DNA of 64,000 bases from an uncultured Thermoanaerobaculia bacterium (GTDB lineage: Bacteria > Acidobacteriota > Thermoanaerobaculia > Multivoradales > J023): positions 1,876-65,875 of the forward strand of contig CAZMEL010000008.1 in NCBI GenBank assembly GCA_964565225.1, given 5' to 3'. The position numbers and the translations under genes were made by a program. This document shows, piece by piece, positions 45,263 through 53,797 of the stretch (positions are counted from its first letter, which is position 1; every line of letters starts with the position of its first letter). The notes below the pieces were generated by a model that searched no databases, was not told the DNA's origin, and was given only the letters and a program-made list of their open reading frames with translations.

Positions 45263-46810
45263 ATGCTCGAGAGCGTGATCTCTTCTGCTCGCCCACTGCC
45301 CCTACTGGCGCTCGCCGTGGCCACCCTCACCAGCCTGGCTCCTCCACCGGTGGCCGAGGCTCAGAGCCCGGCCGCCGACCGCCTGTATCGCGAGGCCCTG
45401 CGGATCGAGTCGGAAGGGAATCTCGGTGGCGCCATCGAAGAGATGCTGCTGGTCGTCCAGCAGTTCCCCGACGACGAGATCACGCCCCGGGCCCTTTTGC
45501 GGGTCGCCGAGCTGCGGGATGCCTCGGGCGACAACCTCGGCGCCGCCAGAGCCCTCGAGAAGCTGCTCGACGGTTATCCCCGCACCCGGGAGGCCGCCGC
45601 CGGCTTCCTGCTCCAGGGCCGAGCGGCGGTCGCGGCGGCTCGCAACACGTCGGACCTCGCCGAGGCCCGATCGATCTTTCGCCGCATTCCATTGCTCTAC
45701 GGCGCCGAGAGCTTTCCGGAGATCGAAGAGCGGAGCGAGGCCCGGGTCCGCAGCGGCGAGATCAGCCTGCAGCTCGGCGACCCGGAGACCGCAGCGCCCG
45801 AGTTCCTCGCCGCCATCGAAGACGAGGCCCCCAGTGTCTGGACCGGTCGGGCCCGCCGACTCCTGGCCGACGCCTGGCTTCGCACCGGCGACTGGAGCAG
45901 CGCGGCCGAGATTCTCCAGACCCTCGCCGAATCACCGGTCGAGGGCCCCGAAGCCTCCGCCGATCCTGCCGAGAGAGACCGCGCCCGCCGCTGGCTGACC
46001 ATGATCCATCGCCATTACATCCGCCCGCAGACCGGCGAGCGGCGCTGGACTTCCAGCGGGCGCTTCCCGGCCAGCGGCCTGGTCCTGCGCGAGCCCGTCG
46101 GGGTGGCGGCGGCCGACGACGGCCGGGTCCTGCTCGTCGACGAGAAGGACGAGCAGGCGATTCTGCTCGATGCCGACGGCCAGGTGGTGGGGCGCAAGAA
46201 CCTCGACGAGCCCGGGCGCCCGGGTTGGGCCGACGATGTGCCCTTCGTCGCCGCCGATCACCAGCTCGTGCTTCCCTTCGATGGCCAACGCACCCAGTTC
46301 CTCGAGCCCAGGTCCCAGCGCGAGAGCCCGCTCGACGGCATGCGGGTGGCGGAACGGGGGCTGTTCGGCCACTGGTACGTGCTCGCCAAGGGTTGGGACA
46401 GCCTGCTCGCCTACGAGAGCACCCGGGTCGGCCAGGAGCTCCTGGCCAAGAATCGTCCCGATTTCGAAGACCTGGCTCTCGATCACCAGAGACGCCTGCT
46501 GCTGCTCGATCGTAAAGCCGGCCAGGTCGGTCGCCTCGGTCACGACCGGCGCTGGGAAGGAGCGGTGGTCCAGGGCGACTGGAGGCGTCCCGAAGCTCTC
46601 GCCACCGATCTGCTCGGCAATCTCTACGTGCTCGACCGCGGCCGCAAGGTGCTCGAGGTCTTCTCCGCCGAGGGCAAGCTCCTCGACCGGCTCGGCCCCA
46701 GCCTGGGCAGCGGGATCGAGCTCGACAATCCCCGGGACGTGACCGTCGACGGCAGTGGCCGCATTCTCATCGCCGACGACGGCCTGCCCTTCCTCGTCGT
46801 CCTGGACTGA
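45263..46810 (+). CDS. Secreted TPR + NHL-repeat (beta-propeller) protein
   Basis: Start MLESVISSARPLPLLALAVATLTSLAPPPVAEA with AGGAG RBS 9 nt upstream (alternative ATG at 45206). TPR-like N-terminal half, then NHL-type blades (GNLYVLDRGRKVLEVF; GRILIADDG). Confidence 0.7.
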   Translation: MLESVISSARPLPLLALAVATLTSLAPPPVAEAQSPAADRLYREALRIESEGNLGGAIEEMLLVVQQFPDDEITPRALLRVAELRDASGDNLGAARALEKLLDGYPRTREAAAGFLLQGRAAVAAARNTSDLAEARSIFRRIPLLYGAESFPEIEERSEARVRSGEISLQLGDPETAAPEFLAAIEDEAPSVWTGRARRLLADAWLRTGDWSSAAEILQTLAESPVEGPEASADPAERDRARRWLTMIHRHYIRPQTGERRWTSSGRFPASGLVLREPVGVAAADDGRVLLVDEKDEQAILLDADGQVVGRKNLDEPGRPGWADDVPFVAADHQLVLPFDGQRTQFLEPRSQRESPLDGMRVAERGLFGHWYVLAKGWDSLLAYESTRVGQELLAKNRPDFEDLALDHQRRLLLLDRKAGQVGRLGHDRRWEGAVVQGDWRRPEALATDLLGNLYVLDRGRKVLEVFSAEGKLLDRLGPSLGSGIELDNPRDVTVDGSGRILIADDGLPFLVVLD

Positions 46811-46849
46811 CCCCACGTTCTTTCGACCCGCAGAGGAATCGCAACGACC

Positions 46850-49318
46850 ATGTTCTTCCGCTTTTTCATATTCCGCCGGCTCCTGGTCCCGGCCGCGTTG
46901 TTTCTCCTTTCACTCTCCTTCGTCGCCACGGCTGGAGCCCAGCTCGAGTCCGGGATCGTCGAGGAAGACCTCGAAGAAGACGTTCTCGAAGAAGATCTGA
47001 ACGATCCCCTGGCCCCGGACGCAGACGGCACTGCCCGCACCGAGCTCGACGAAGAGGTGGTCCAGGCCCTGTTCTCCGAGGCCGAAGGCCTGCTCGTCGA
47101 CGACCCCGGCAGCGCCATGTTGCTCTTCGGCCAGCTCGTCGACCTCTTCGACAACCACCTCGCTCGCGCCGAAGCCCGGGCCTTCCTGGCCACCGAGAAG
47201 GAACGCCTGGCCCGGGAAGCCGAGGCCGCGGATCCGACAGCCGGGGAGGGGACGATGCCCGAAGAGCCCGGAGACGAGGAGGCAACGGCCGAAGAGTCGG
47301 CGCTCGAGGAGCCCCAGCCGCCCCTCGCCGACCCGGCCATTCGTTTCCTCTCCCCCACGCTCCGCACCCTCTACACCAGGACCCTGGCCTACCGCGCCCA
47401 GGTCCAGTCGCTGTTCGGGGAGCCCGAGGCGGCCCTCCAAGGGCTGGAGCGTTTGCTGAGCGTGGATCCCGGGGCCGACCTCGACCGCGACCAGGCTCCG
47501 CAGGATCTGCTGAAGGCTTTCGATTCCCTGCGCCGGAAACGGATTGCCCACGTGGTTCTGATCCCCGAGCCCCCGGATCCGGTGATCCGGGTCCAGGGCC
47601 GCCCGGTGACCTCGTTCGAGGACCCGGTACCCGTGCTCTCGGGCAGTGTCTGGATCGAAACCGAGCGCCCGGGGTACGCTCCCTGGAGCGAGGAGATCGA
47701 GATTCGCCCCGGCAAGACCCGCTCGGTGGAGATGGTGCTCGAACGCCAGAGCCCGGTGATCCGGCTCTACACTCGCCCCTCCGGCTCCACGGTGTGGGTC
47801 GACGGGCAGGAGCGCGGCGTGACCGAAGGCATCGCACCGCCCGACTTCCTGCCGCAGACCTCCACCGTCCGCTACCGGAGCGAGGAGTTCTCCGACGAGC
47901 TGGTGATCGACGGGCTCGAGACGGGTCTGCAGATCCTCGAGGTTCGCAAGGAGGGGTACCGCCCCTACCGTGTGGAGCTGGTGCTCGACGAGCTCCTCGA
48001 CTATCCGATGCCACCGATCGTGCTCGAAGAAGAACGTGGCGTGCTCGCCCTCAACGATCTGCCGCCCGACGCCGAGCTGTTGATCAACGGCAAACCCATG
48101 GCCGTGGACCAGCCCGGGGCCCGGAGCTCCCGGATCTCGTTGCCGCCGGGTGAATACGACGTCCAGGTCGCGTCGGGGAGCCAGCGCATGTTCTCCACCC
48201 GGCTCCGCCTCGCCGATCGCCAGACCGTGGAGATCAACGTCCGGCTACGCCCGGGCCTCGCCTTTCTCGGCGTCATCGGCGGCTCCGCCAGCGACGCCGC
48301 CAGCCTCGAGGAGAGCCTGCAGACCGCCCTGTCTCGTACCGACAAATGGGCTCTGCTCGATCGCACCGAGCAGGGACCGCGGGCGTTGCTCGAGGCGGGT
48401 GCGACCGCCGAGCTCCTCACCGCCGGAGCCCTCGACGAGATCGACTGGAGCCGCGTGCAGGCGGCGGTCGACCGCAAGGCCCCGGGCCTGCTCTACCTGG
48501 TCGCGGTGCTGAGCGACGATCTCGTCGATCGGCGCAAGAGCCAGGTGCTGCTCTTCCCCTCGGCTCCCCTGCCCGTCCCCGAGCCCGACCAGCTGGTGAT
48601 CGACCGCGGCGACGCCAGGTCTCTCGAGGCCCTCGTCGCCTCCCTGAGCCCCGATCTCCCCCTCGCCACACCCTGGCTCGGCGCTCGTCTCATCGAGTCG
48701 CGCCTGGCTCCCCACCCGGTGGTCGCGGCGGTGAGCCCCGGGTCACCGGCCGAGGCGGCCGACCTGCGGGTCGGCGACCAGGTGGTGGCCCTGGCCGGTA
48801 CCCCCACCTTCGCCCCCCGCGACGTCGAGCAGAGGCTCGCCGCCGCCGAGGTGGGCGAGATCCTCGACCTCGGGGTGCAGAGCCTGACCGGGCCGCGCAC
48901 CCTCGAGCTCCGGGTGCGCACCAGCCCGGCCGTGGACCTCCCAAGAAATCTCGAGATCCCCACCGCCGTCGCTCTGGTCGAGCTCGGCCTGCTGCGCGAG
49001 TCGACCGACCCCGGGCGCCGCTGGTTGGTGCTCCTCCAGCAGGCGGGGCTGCTGATGCAGGCCGGCGACTTCGAGGCCGCCGTGCGTAGCCTGCAGTCGA
49101 TCGACGCACCCCAGGCGTCGCACGGATTCGGACAGTCGAGCGTCGATTATTGGCTGGGCCTGGCTCTCTCCCGGGCCGGCGGCGAGTATCTGCAAGGGGC
49201 CCGCAGCGCCTTCGAACGCGCCGCCGAGCTGCCGAGCTCCCGCTTTCTCGAGCACGACGGACCGGCCCTCGCTCCCCGCGCCCGGGCACGGCTGACGGCG
49301 CTCCGCGAAGGGTCTTGA
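46850..49318 (+). CDS. Secreted PEGA-domain + PDZ-domain protein
   Basis: Signal peptide MFFRFFIFRRLLVPAALFLLSLSFVATAGA, acidic low-complexity region, PEGA-like beta-sandwich repeats (VRKEGYRPYRVELV; GEYDVQVAS), and a PDZ-like segment (AVSPGSPAEAADLRVGDQVVALAG). Confidence 0.65.
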   Translation: MFFRFFIFRRLLVPAALFLLSLSFVATAGAQLESGIVEEDLEEDVLEEDLNDPLAPDADGTARTELDEEVVQALFSEAEGLLVDDPGSAMLLFGQLVDLFDNHLARAEARAFLATEKERLAREAEAADPTAGEGTMPEEPGDEEATAEESALEEPQPPLADPAIRFLSPTLRTLYTRTLAYRAQVQSLFGEPEAALQGLERLLSVDPGADLDRDQAPQDLLKAFDSLRRKRIAHVVLIPEPPDPVIRVQGRPVTSFEDPVPVLSGSVWIETERPGYAPWSEEIEIRPGKTRSVEMVLERQSPVIRLYTRPSGSTVWVDGQERGVTEGIAPPDFLPQTSTVRYRSEEFSDELVIDGLETGLQILEVRKEGYRPYRVELVLDELLDYPMPPIVLEEERGVLALNDLPPDAELLINGKPMAVDQPGARSSRISLPPGEYDVQVASGSQRMFSTRLRLADRQTVEINVRLRPGLAFLGVIGGSASDAASLEESLQTALSRTDKWALLDRTEQGPRALLEAGATAELLTAGALDEIDWSRVQAAVDRKAPGLLYLVAVLSDDLVDRRKSQVLLFPSAPLPVPEPDQLVIDRGDARSLEALVASLSPDLPLATPWLGARLIESRLAPHPVVAAVSPGSPAEAADLRVGDQVVALAGTPTFAPRDVEQRLAAAEVGEILDLGVQSLTGPRTLELRVRTSPAVDLPRNLEIPTAVALVELGLLRESTDPGRRWLVLLQQAGLLMQAGDFEAAVRSLQSIDAPQASHGFGQSSVDYWLGLALSRAGGEYLQGARSAFERAAELPSSRFLEHDGPALAPRARARLTALREGS

Positions 49319-49376
49319 CGCCAGGGCACACCAGCCCCTCGAACGGCTCGCCTCGGAGCTCGTTTCCTGGAAGGGG

Positions 49377-51068
49377 TCAGAGGCCGGCGCGGCTCTGGAG
49401 GTCGAGCAGCTCGGCTTCCATCTGGCGCCGGACGGAGGTATCCCGGGTCCAGGAAATGGCCTCGTCGAAGAGCTCGAGCCCCCGTTCGGTCTCCCCGGCA
49501 GCCAGGGCTCTGCGGGCGCTGCCGAGAAGGTACTGCCGCTCCATCTCGTCCCGGGCCTCGGTCACCTTCAAGGGATCCCAGCGCGGGGCCAGGAGATGCG
49601 AGATCAGCCGCTCGCCGGTGTCGCGTTCGCCACGTCGTGCTTCGAGAAAGGCCTCGAAGGCGATCAGCTCGACGCGATTGGGCAGCAGCTTTCTTGCCCG
49701 GCGTAGCGCGTCGATGCCCCGCTCCTCGTCGCCCGAGACCTGGAGATGGGCGCGTCCCAGGAGGGCCCAGGCCTCGCCATAGTCGGGAAAGAGCTCCACA
49801 CTCCGGCGCAGGGCGGCCAGTCCTCCGTTCAGCCGATCAGCTCCGGCCTGCTCGTAGGCCAGGAGATGGCGCCCGAGCTGGAGATAGGTCATCGCCCGGG
49901 CGCTCCCCAGCTGCACCGCCTCGCGAAAGAGCAACGTCGCCTCTTCCGCACGCCCCTGCTGGGACCGCACGAAGGCCAGGCCCGCCGCGAGGTCCGGTAG
50001 CGAGGCGTCGTGCTCCAGGGCGGCATGGAAGAAAGACTCCGCGGCATCGGCCCGACCCATGTGGGCCAGCAGGTCCCCGAGCCGGAACAAGGTCTCGGCC
50101 GGGGGCGAGGAACGAGAGCCGGCCACCTCGGGATCGGCCAGGCGCGAGAGTGGAATCCGCGCCGAAGGCAGCTCTTCGCTTCCACCCTGCAGCCGCGCCG
50201 CGTACTCCCGCAGCTCTTCCTCCAGGGTGCTGACCCGCACCTCGAAGACCTCTTCGAACGCCTCGGTCGGCTCTTCCCCCGCTTCCAGCCGCAGGAAGAG
50301 GTCCGCGACCTTTTCCAAACGCTCCAGATCGCCCGAGAGGAGATAGTGCACCAGCAGCCAGGACACGCCGTAGAAGGCGCCGACCTTGCCCGGCTCGTGG
50401 TAGGTCTCCGAACGCTGGTCGGCGTTCAGAACCTCCTGCAGGTCGAAATCTCCGTGGGAGCTAAGCCAGCGTACATGCCGGGGAACGGCTTCCCCGACCA
50501 CCGCCGCGCCGCCTTCGAGGCGGAAGGTGCTGTAGTACTCCGCCAGCCCTTCGTGGAACCACAGGGGCACCCCCACGAAGTTGTGCCGGGTCAGGAAGTG
50601 CACATATTCGTGGTAGACCACCGCAAACGCCCCCGCCTGCCGGCTGCCGGCGTCGAGGGTCAGGTAGTTGCCGTCGGAGTGCTGCAGGAACTGCCCGAGA
50701 ATCTGCGACCCTCGCTGGTCGGGCCGGGTCTTGAAGGGGCCGAAGGACTCGCCGTCGCGGAAGGCGATGATCGACAGAGGTGCCGGGGAACGCAGCTCGA
50801 GAGACGGTCCGAGGTGGGAGAGCACGGCCCGGAACGCCTCCAGGCGCGCGGCGATTTCCGCCGAACGGTCGACCTCGGCATTGGAGAGGATCTCGAAATG
50901 CGCCGAGCGCACCACGTGCCAGCGATCGAGATCGAAGGGAATCTCCGCCCCGCGGGCGGCCGTGCGGGTAGCGAAGAAACCGGCAAGAACCAGGACGACA
51001 AGAAGAAGGGAGAATCGGTGGAGACTCTTGGAAAAGTGTCGGCATTCCATACCTCCATGGTACGTCAT
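49377..51068 (-). CDS. DUF1570-like secreted HEXXH metallopeptidase-like domain + C-terminal TPR repeats
   Basis: Signal peptide, VYHEYVHFL (HExxH), then ~8 TPR-like repeats. Alternative start at 51050. Confidence 0.65.
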   Translation of the reverse strand: MTYHGGMECRHFSKSLHRFSLLLVVLVLAGFFATRTAARGAEIPFDLDRWHVVRSAHFEILSNAEVDRSAEIAARLEAFRAVLSHLGPSLELRSPAPLSIIAFRDGESFGPFKTRPDQRGSQILGQFLQHSDGNYLTLDAGSRQAGAFAVVYHEYVHFLTRHNFVGVPLWFHEGLAEYYSTFRLEGGAAVVGEAVPRHVRWLSSHGDFDLQEVLNADQRSETYHEPGKVGAFYGVSWLLVHYLLSGDLERLEKVADLFLRLEAGEEPTEAFEEVFEVRVSTLEEELREYAARLQGGSEELPSARIPLSRLADPEVAGSRSSPPAETLFRLGDLLAHMGRADAAESFFHAALEHDASLPDLAAGLAFVRSQQGRAEEATLLFREAVQLGSARAMTYLQLGRHLLAYEQAGADRLNGGLAALRRSVELFPDYGEAWALLGRAHLQVSGDEERGIDALRRARKLLPNRVELIAFEAFLEARRGERDTGERLISHLLAPRWDPLKVTEARDEMERQYLLGSARRALAAGETERGLELFDEAISWTRDTSVRRQMEAELLDLQSRAGL

Positions 51069-51158
51069 TTGCCCACCGTCGGACTCCCGCCGCCCTGATA
51101 CAATTCGCTCCTCTCTTCTAATTCATCGACTCTCAACTATCAACGGAGAACCTCTATC

Positions 51159-51899
51159 GTGGCAAACGGAACCAAGAAAGGCCTCAGCCCCCTCGCCTGG
51201 GTCGGCATCGGCTGCGGATTGATCATGCTCGTGGGTGTCGTCGCCGTGATCGGCGGAGCGGGATTCGTCTTCTTCAAGGCCAAGGAAGTGGTCCAGGAGC
51301 TCGAAGAGAATCCGGCCAAGACCGTTGCCGAGATGGTCGTCCGCACCAACCCCGATCTCGAGCTCCTCAACACCGACGACGAAGCCGGCACCATCACCTT
51401 CCGCGACACCACCAAAGGCGAGGAAGTCACCCTCAACTTCGAAGATCTCGCCGAGGGCAACTTCAGCTTCACCACCAGTGAGGGCGAATACAACATCAGC
51501 GCCGATTCGACCGGCACCGAAGGCGGCGGGATCACCTTCACCGGTCCCGACGGCGAGGCGCGCATCGGCTCGGGGAGCATGGACGACGTACCCGAGTGGG
51601 TGCCCCTCTACCCCGGTTCCGACGACCTCCAGAGCACCTTCTCCTCGGTCAGCGGAGAAAACACCTCCGGAATCCTCAGCGGTACCACGGCCGATACCCC
51701 CGACCAGGTGGCCGAGCACTACAAACAGCTCCTCGAGGGTGACGGATACGAGGTCAACGTCCAGAGCTACAGCGCGAACGACCAGAAGACCGTGATCGTC
51801 ACCGCCACCAAGGACGGCGGCACCCGCTCCTTCAACGTCACCGCCGCCAACGCCGACGGCACCACCAACGTGGGGATCCAGTACAACGGCAAGGGTTGA
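51159..51899 (+). CDS. Hypothetical membrane-anchored protein
   Basis: GTG start with GGAGAA RBS; N-terminal TM (LAWVGIGCGLIMLVGVVAVIGGAGFVFF); G/T/S-rich extracytoplasmic region with no recognisable catalytic motif. Confidence 0.55.
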   Translation: MANGTKKGLSPLAWVGIGCGLIMLVGVVAVIGGAGFVFFKAKEVVQELEENPAKTVAEMVVRTNPDLELLNTDDEAGTITFRDTTKGEEVTLNFEDLAEGNFSFTTSEGEYNISADSTGTEGGGITFTGPDGEARIGSGSMDDVPEWVPLYPGSDDLQSTFSSVSGENTSGILSGTTADTPDQVAEHYKQLLEGDGYEVNVQSYSANDQKTVIVTATKDGGTRSFNVTAANADGTTNVGIQYNGKG

Positions 51900-52069
51900 G
51901 AGCTGCGGATCCGAAGAGCCCTGCTATCGCCACACAACACAGAACGACTCTCTGCGGATGTTTCATCCGCTTCTACTTCGTCAGATCTTTCTCGAGGTCG
52001 AGTCGGCGTTCCTTCCTCCAGGAACGCCGACTCTTTCGGAACCGGAAAGCCGGACTGACGGAACAGAGC

Positions 52070-53797
52070 TCAATACCCCAACGCCAACCCGTCCGGCCGC
52101 CGGGGATCCGTAGCGCCGTAGAGGCGGCCGTCTTCGACCAGGATGGACTGGGTGCTGCCCATGGCGTCGCGTTCCATCAGGTGGTGGCCCTTGGCCTCGA
52201 GCAGCTGCCGGGTATCGAGGCTGAAACCGGTCTCGACCCGCAGCTCGTCGGGTCGCCACGGGTGGTGAATGCGCGGCGCGTAGGTGGCTTCGGCGATGTT
52301 CATGCCGTGGTCGATCACGTTGAGCAGGATCTGCAGGGTCGTGGTGATGATCCGGCTGCCGCCCGGCGTGCCGGTGACGAGAAAGACGTCGCCGTCGCGC
52401 AGCACGAGGGTCGGGGTCATGGAGCTCAGGGGGCGTTTGCGCGGCTCGATGGCGTTGGCTTCCCCGCCGATCAGGCCATAGGCGTTGGGCACTCCCGGCT
52501 TCGAGGAGAAGTCGTCCATCTCGTTGTTGAGCAGGATTCCGGTGCCGGCGGCGACAATGCCCGAGCCGTAGGAGAAGTTGAGGGTGGTGGTGATCGACAC
52601 CGCGTTGCCGTGCCGGTCGACTACCGAGAGATGGGTGGTCTCGGGGCTTTCGTAGGCAGTCGGATCGCCGGCTCCGATCTCGCTCGAGGGACGGGCCCGA
52701 GCCTTGTCGATCCCGGCGCGCAGGGTATTGGCGTAGGCCTTGGAGACCAGCCCCCGGCTGGGTACCGGCCAGAAGTCGGGATCGCCGAGATGCTCGGCAC
52801 GGTCGGCGTAGGCCAGCTTCATGGCCTCGGCCAGGAGGTGCACGGTTGCGGCCCGGTTGTGGCCGAGCTCGCCGAGGGGGAATCCCTCGAGCAGGTTGAG
52901 CATCTGCAGCAGGTGCACCCCGCCGGAGCTCGGCGGCGGCATGGAAACGACCTGGTAGCCGCGGTAGGTGCCGGTCACCGGTGCCCGTTCCACCACCTCG
53001 TAGCCCGCGAGATCCTCTGTTGTGATCCACCCGCCGTTGCGCGCCATGTCCTCGGCGATCCTGCGGCCGATCTCGCCCTCGTAGAACGCCGCCGGCCCGT
53101 GCTCGGCGATCTGCCGCAGAGACCAGGCCAGGTCTTTCTGGACCAGCCGCTCTCCGGCGCGATACGGGCTGCCATCGGCCTTGAAGAAGATCGCCATCGA
53201 GGCGGGGGAGCGCTCGAACCGGGGGCGGGCGTTCTGCAGCTGGGTCTCGAGGTCGTAGGTGACGTCGAACCCCTCTTCCGCCAGGCGGATCGCCGGGGCC
53301 ATCACCTCGGCGAGAGGCAACGTTCCGAAACGCCGTAGAGCATCGGCCAGGCCGGCGACGGAGCCGGGCACTCCGGCGGAGTGGTGGCTGAACTGGGCCT
53401 TCAGGTGGTCGACCTCGCCCTCGGCATCGAGGAACATATCGCGATGGGCCCGGGCCGGGGCCATCTCCCGAAAGTCGAGGGTGATGTTGCGATCCTCTTC
53501 CGCCAGGTGGGCTACGAGGAATCCACCCCCACCGAGATTGCCGGCCCGCGGCAAGGTCACGGCGAGGGCGAAAGCCGTGGCCACGGCGGCGTCGACGGCG
53601 TTGCCACCCTGCTGCAAGATGGCAACGCCCACCCGCGTGGCTTCGCCGTGCTGGCTCGAGACCATTCCCTGCTCCCCCACCACCGGGTGGAAGCGGGAGC
53701 GGGCCTCGAAGATCGGTGCCGGCTCGGCCGAGGCCGCCGGCTGCCAGAGCAGGATGAAGACCAGGGCGAGCCCGACCCGCCGCAACGGCCTTCGCAT
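52070..53797 (-). CDS. ggt: Gamma-glutamyltransferase
   Basis: Start MRRPLRRVGLAL (signal peptide). GGT-wide similarity, with the autoprocessing Thr at GSSEIGAGDPTAYESPETTHLSVVD. The track ORF has a 177-aa spurious extension. ATGA overlap with the fdsA stop. Confidence 0.9.
   Translation of the reverse strand: MRRPLRRVGLALVFILLWQPAASAEPAPIFEARSRFHPVVGEQGMVSSQHGEATRVGVAILQQGGNAVDAAVATAFALAVTLPRAGNLGGGGFLVAHLAEEDRNITLDFREMAPARAHRDMFLDAEGEVDHLKAQFSHHSAGVPGSVAGLADALRRFGTLPLAEVMAPAIRLAEEGFDVTYDLETQLQNARPRFERSPASMAIFFKADGSPYRAGERLVQKDLAWSLRQIAEHGPAAFYEGEIGRRIAEDMARNGGWITTEDLAGYEVVERAPVTGTYRGYQVVSMPPPSSGGVHLLQMLNLLEGFPLGELGHNRAATVHLLAEAMKLAYADRAEHLGDPDFWPVPSRGLVSKAYANTLRAGIDKARARPSSEIGAGDPTAYESPETTHLSVVDRHGNAVSITTTLNFSYGSGIVAAGTGILLNNEMDDFSSKPGVPNAYGLIGGEANAIEPRKRPLSSMTPTLVLRDGDVFLVTGTPGGSRIITTTLQILLNVIDHGMNIAEATYAPRIHHPWRPDELRVETGFSLDTRQLLEAKGHHLMERDAMGSTQSILVEDGRLYGATDPRRPDGLALGY

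Noticed and set aside
44941-46515. 524-aa ORF 44941-46515 + (R/P/G-rich)
   Set aside because: Out of frame with the well-supported TPR-NHL gene 45263-46810 and extremely low complexity.
51981-53030. ORF 51981-53030 - inside ggt
   Set aside because: Alternative frame of the ggt gene, which has unambiguous GGT homology.
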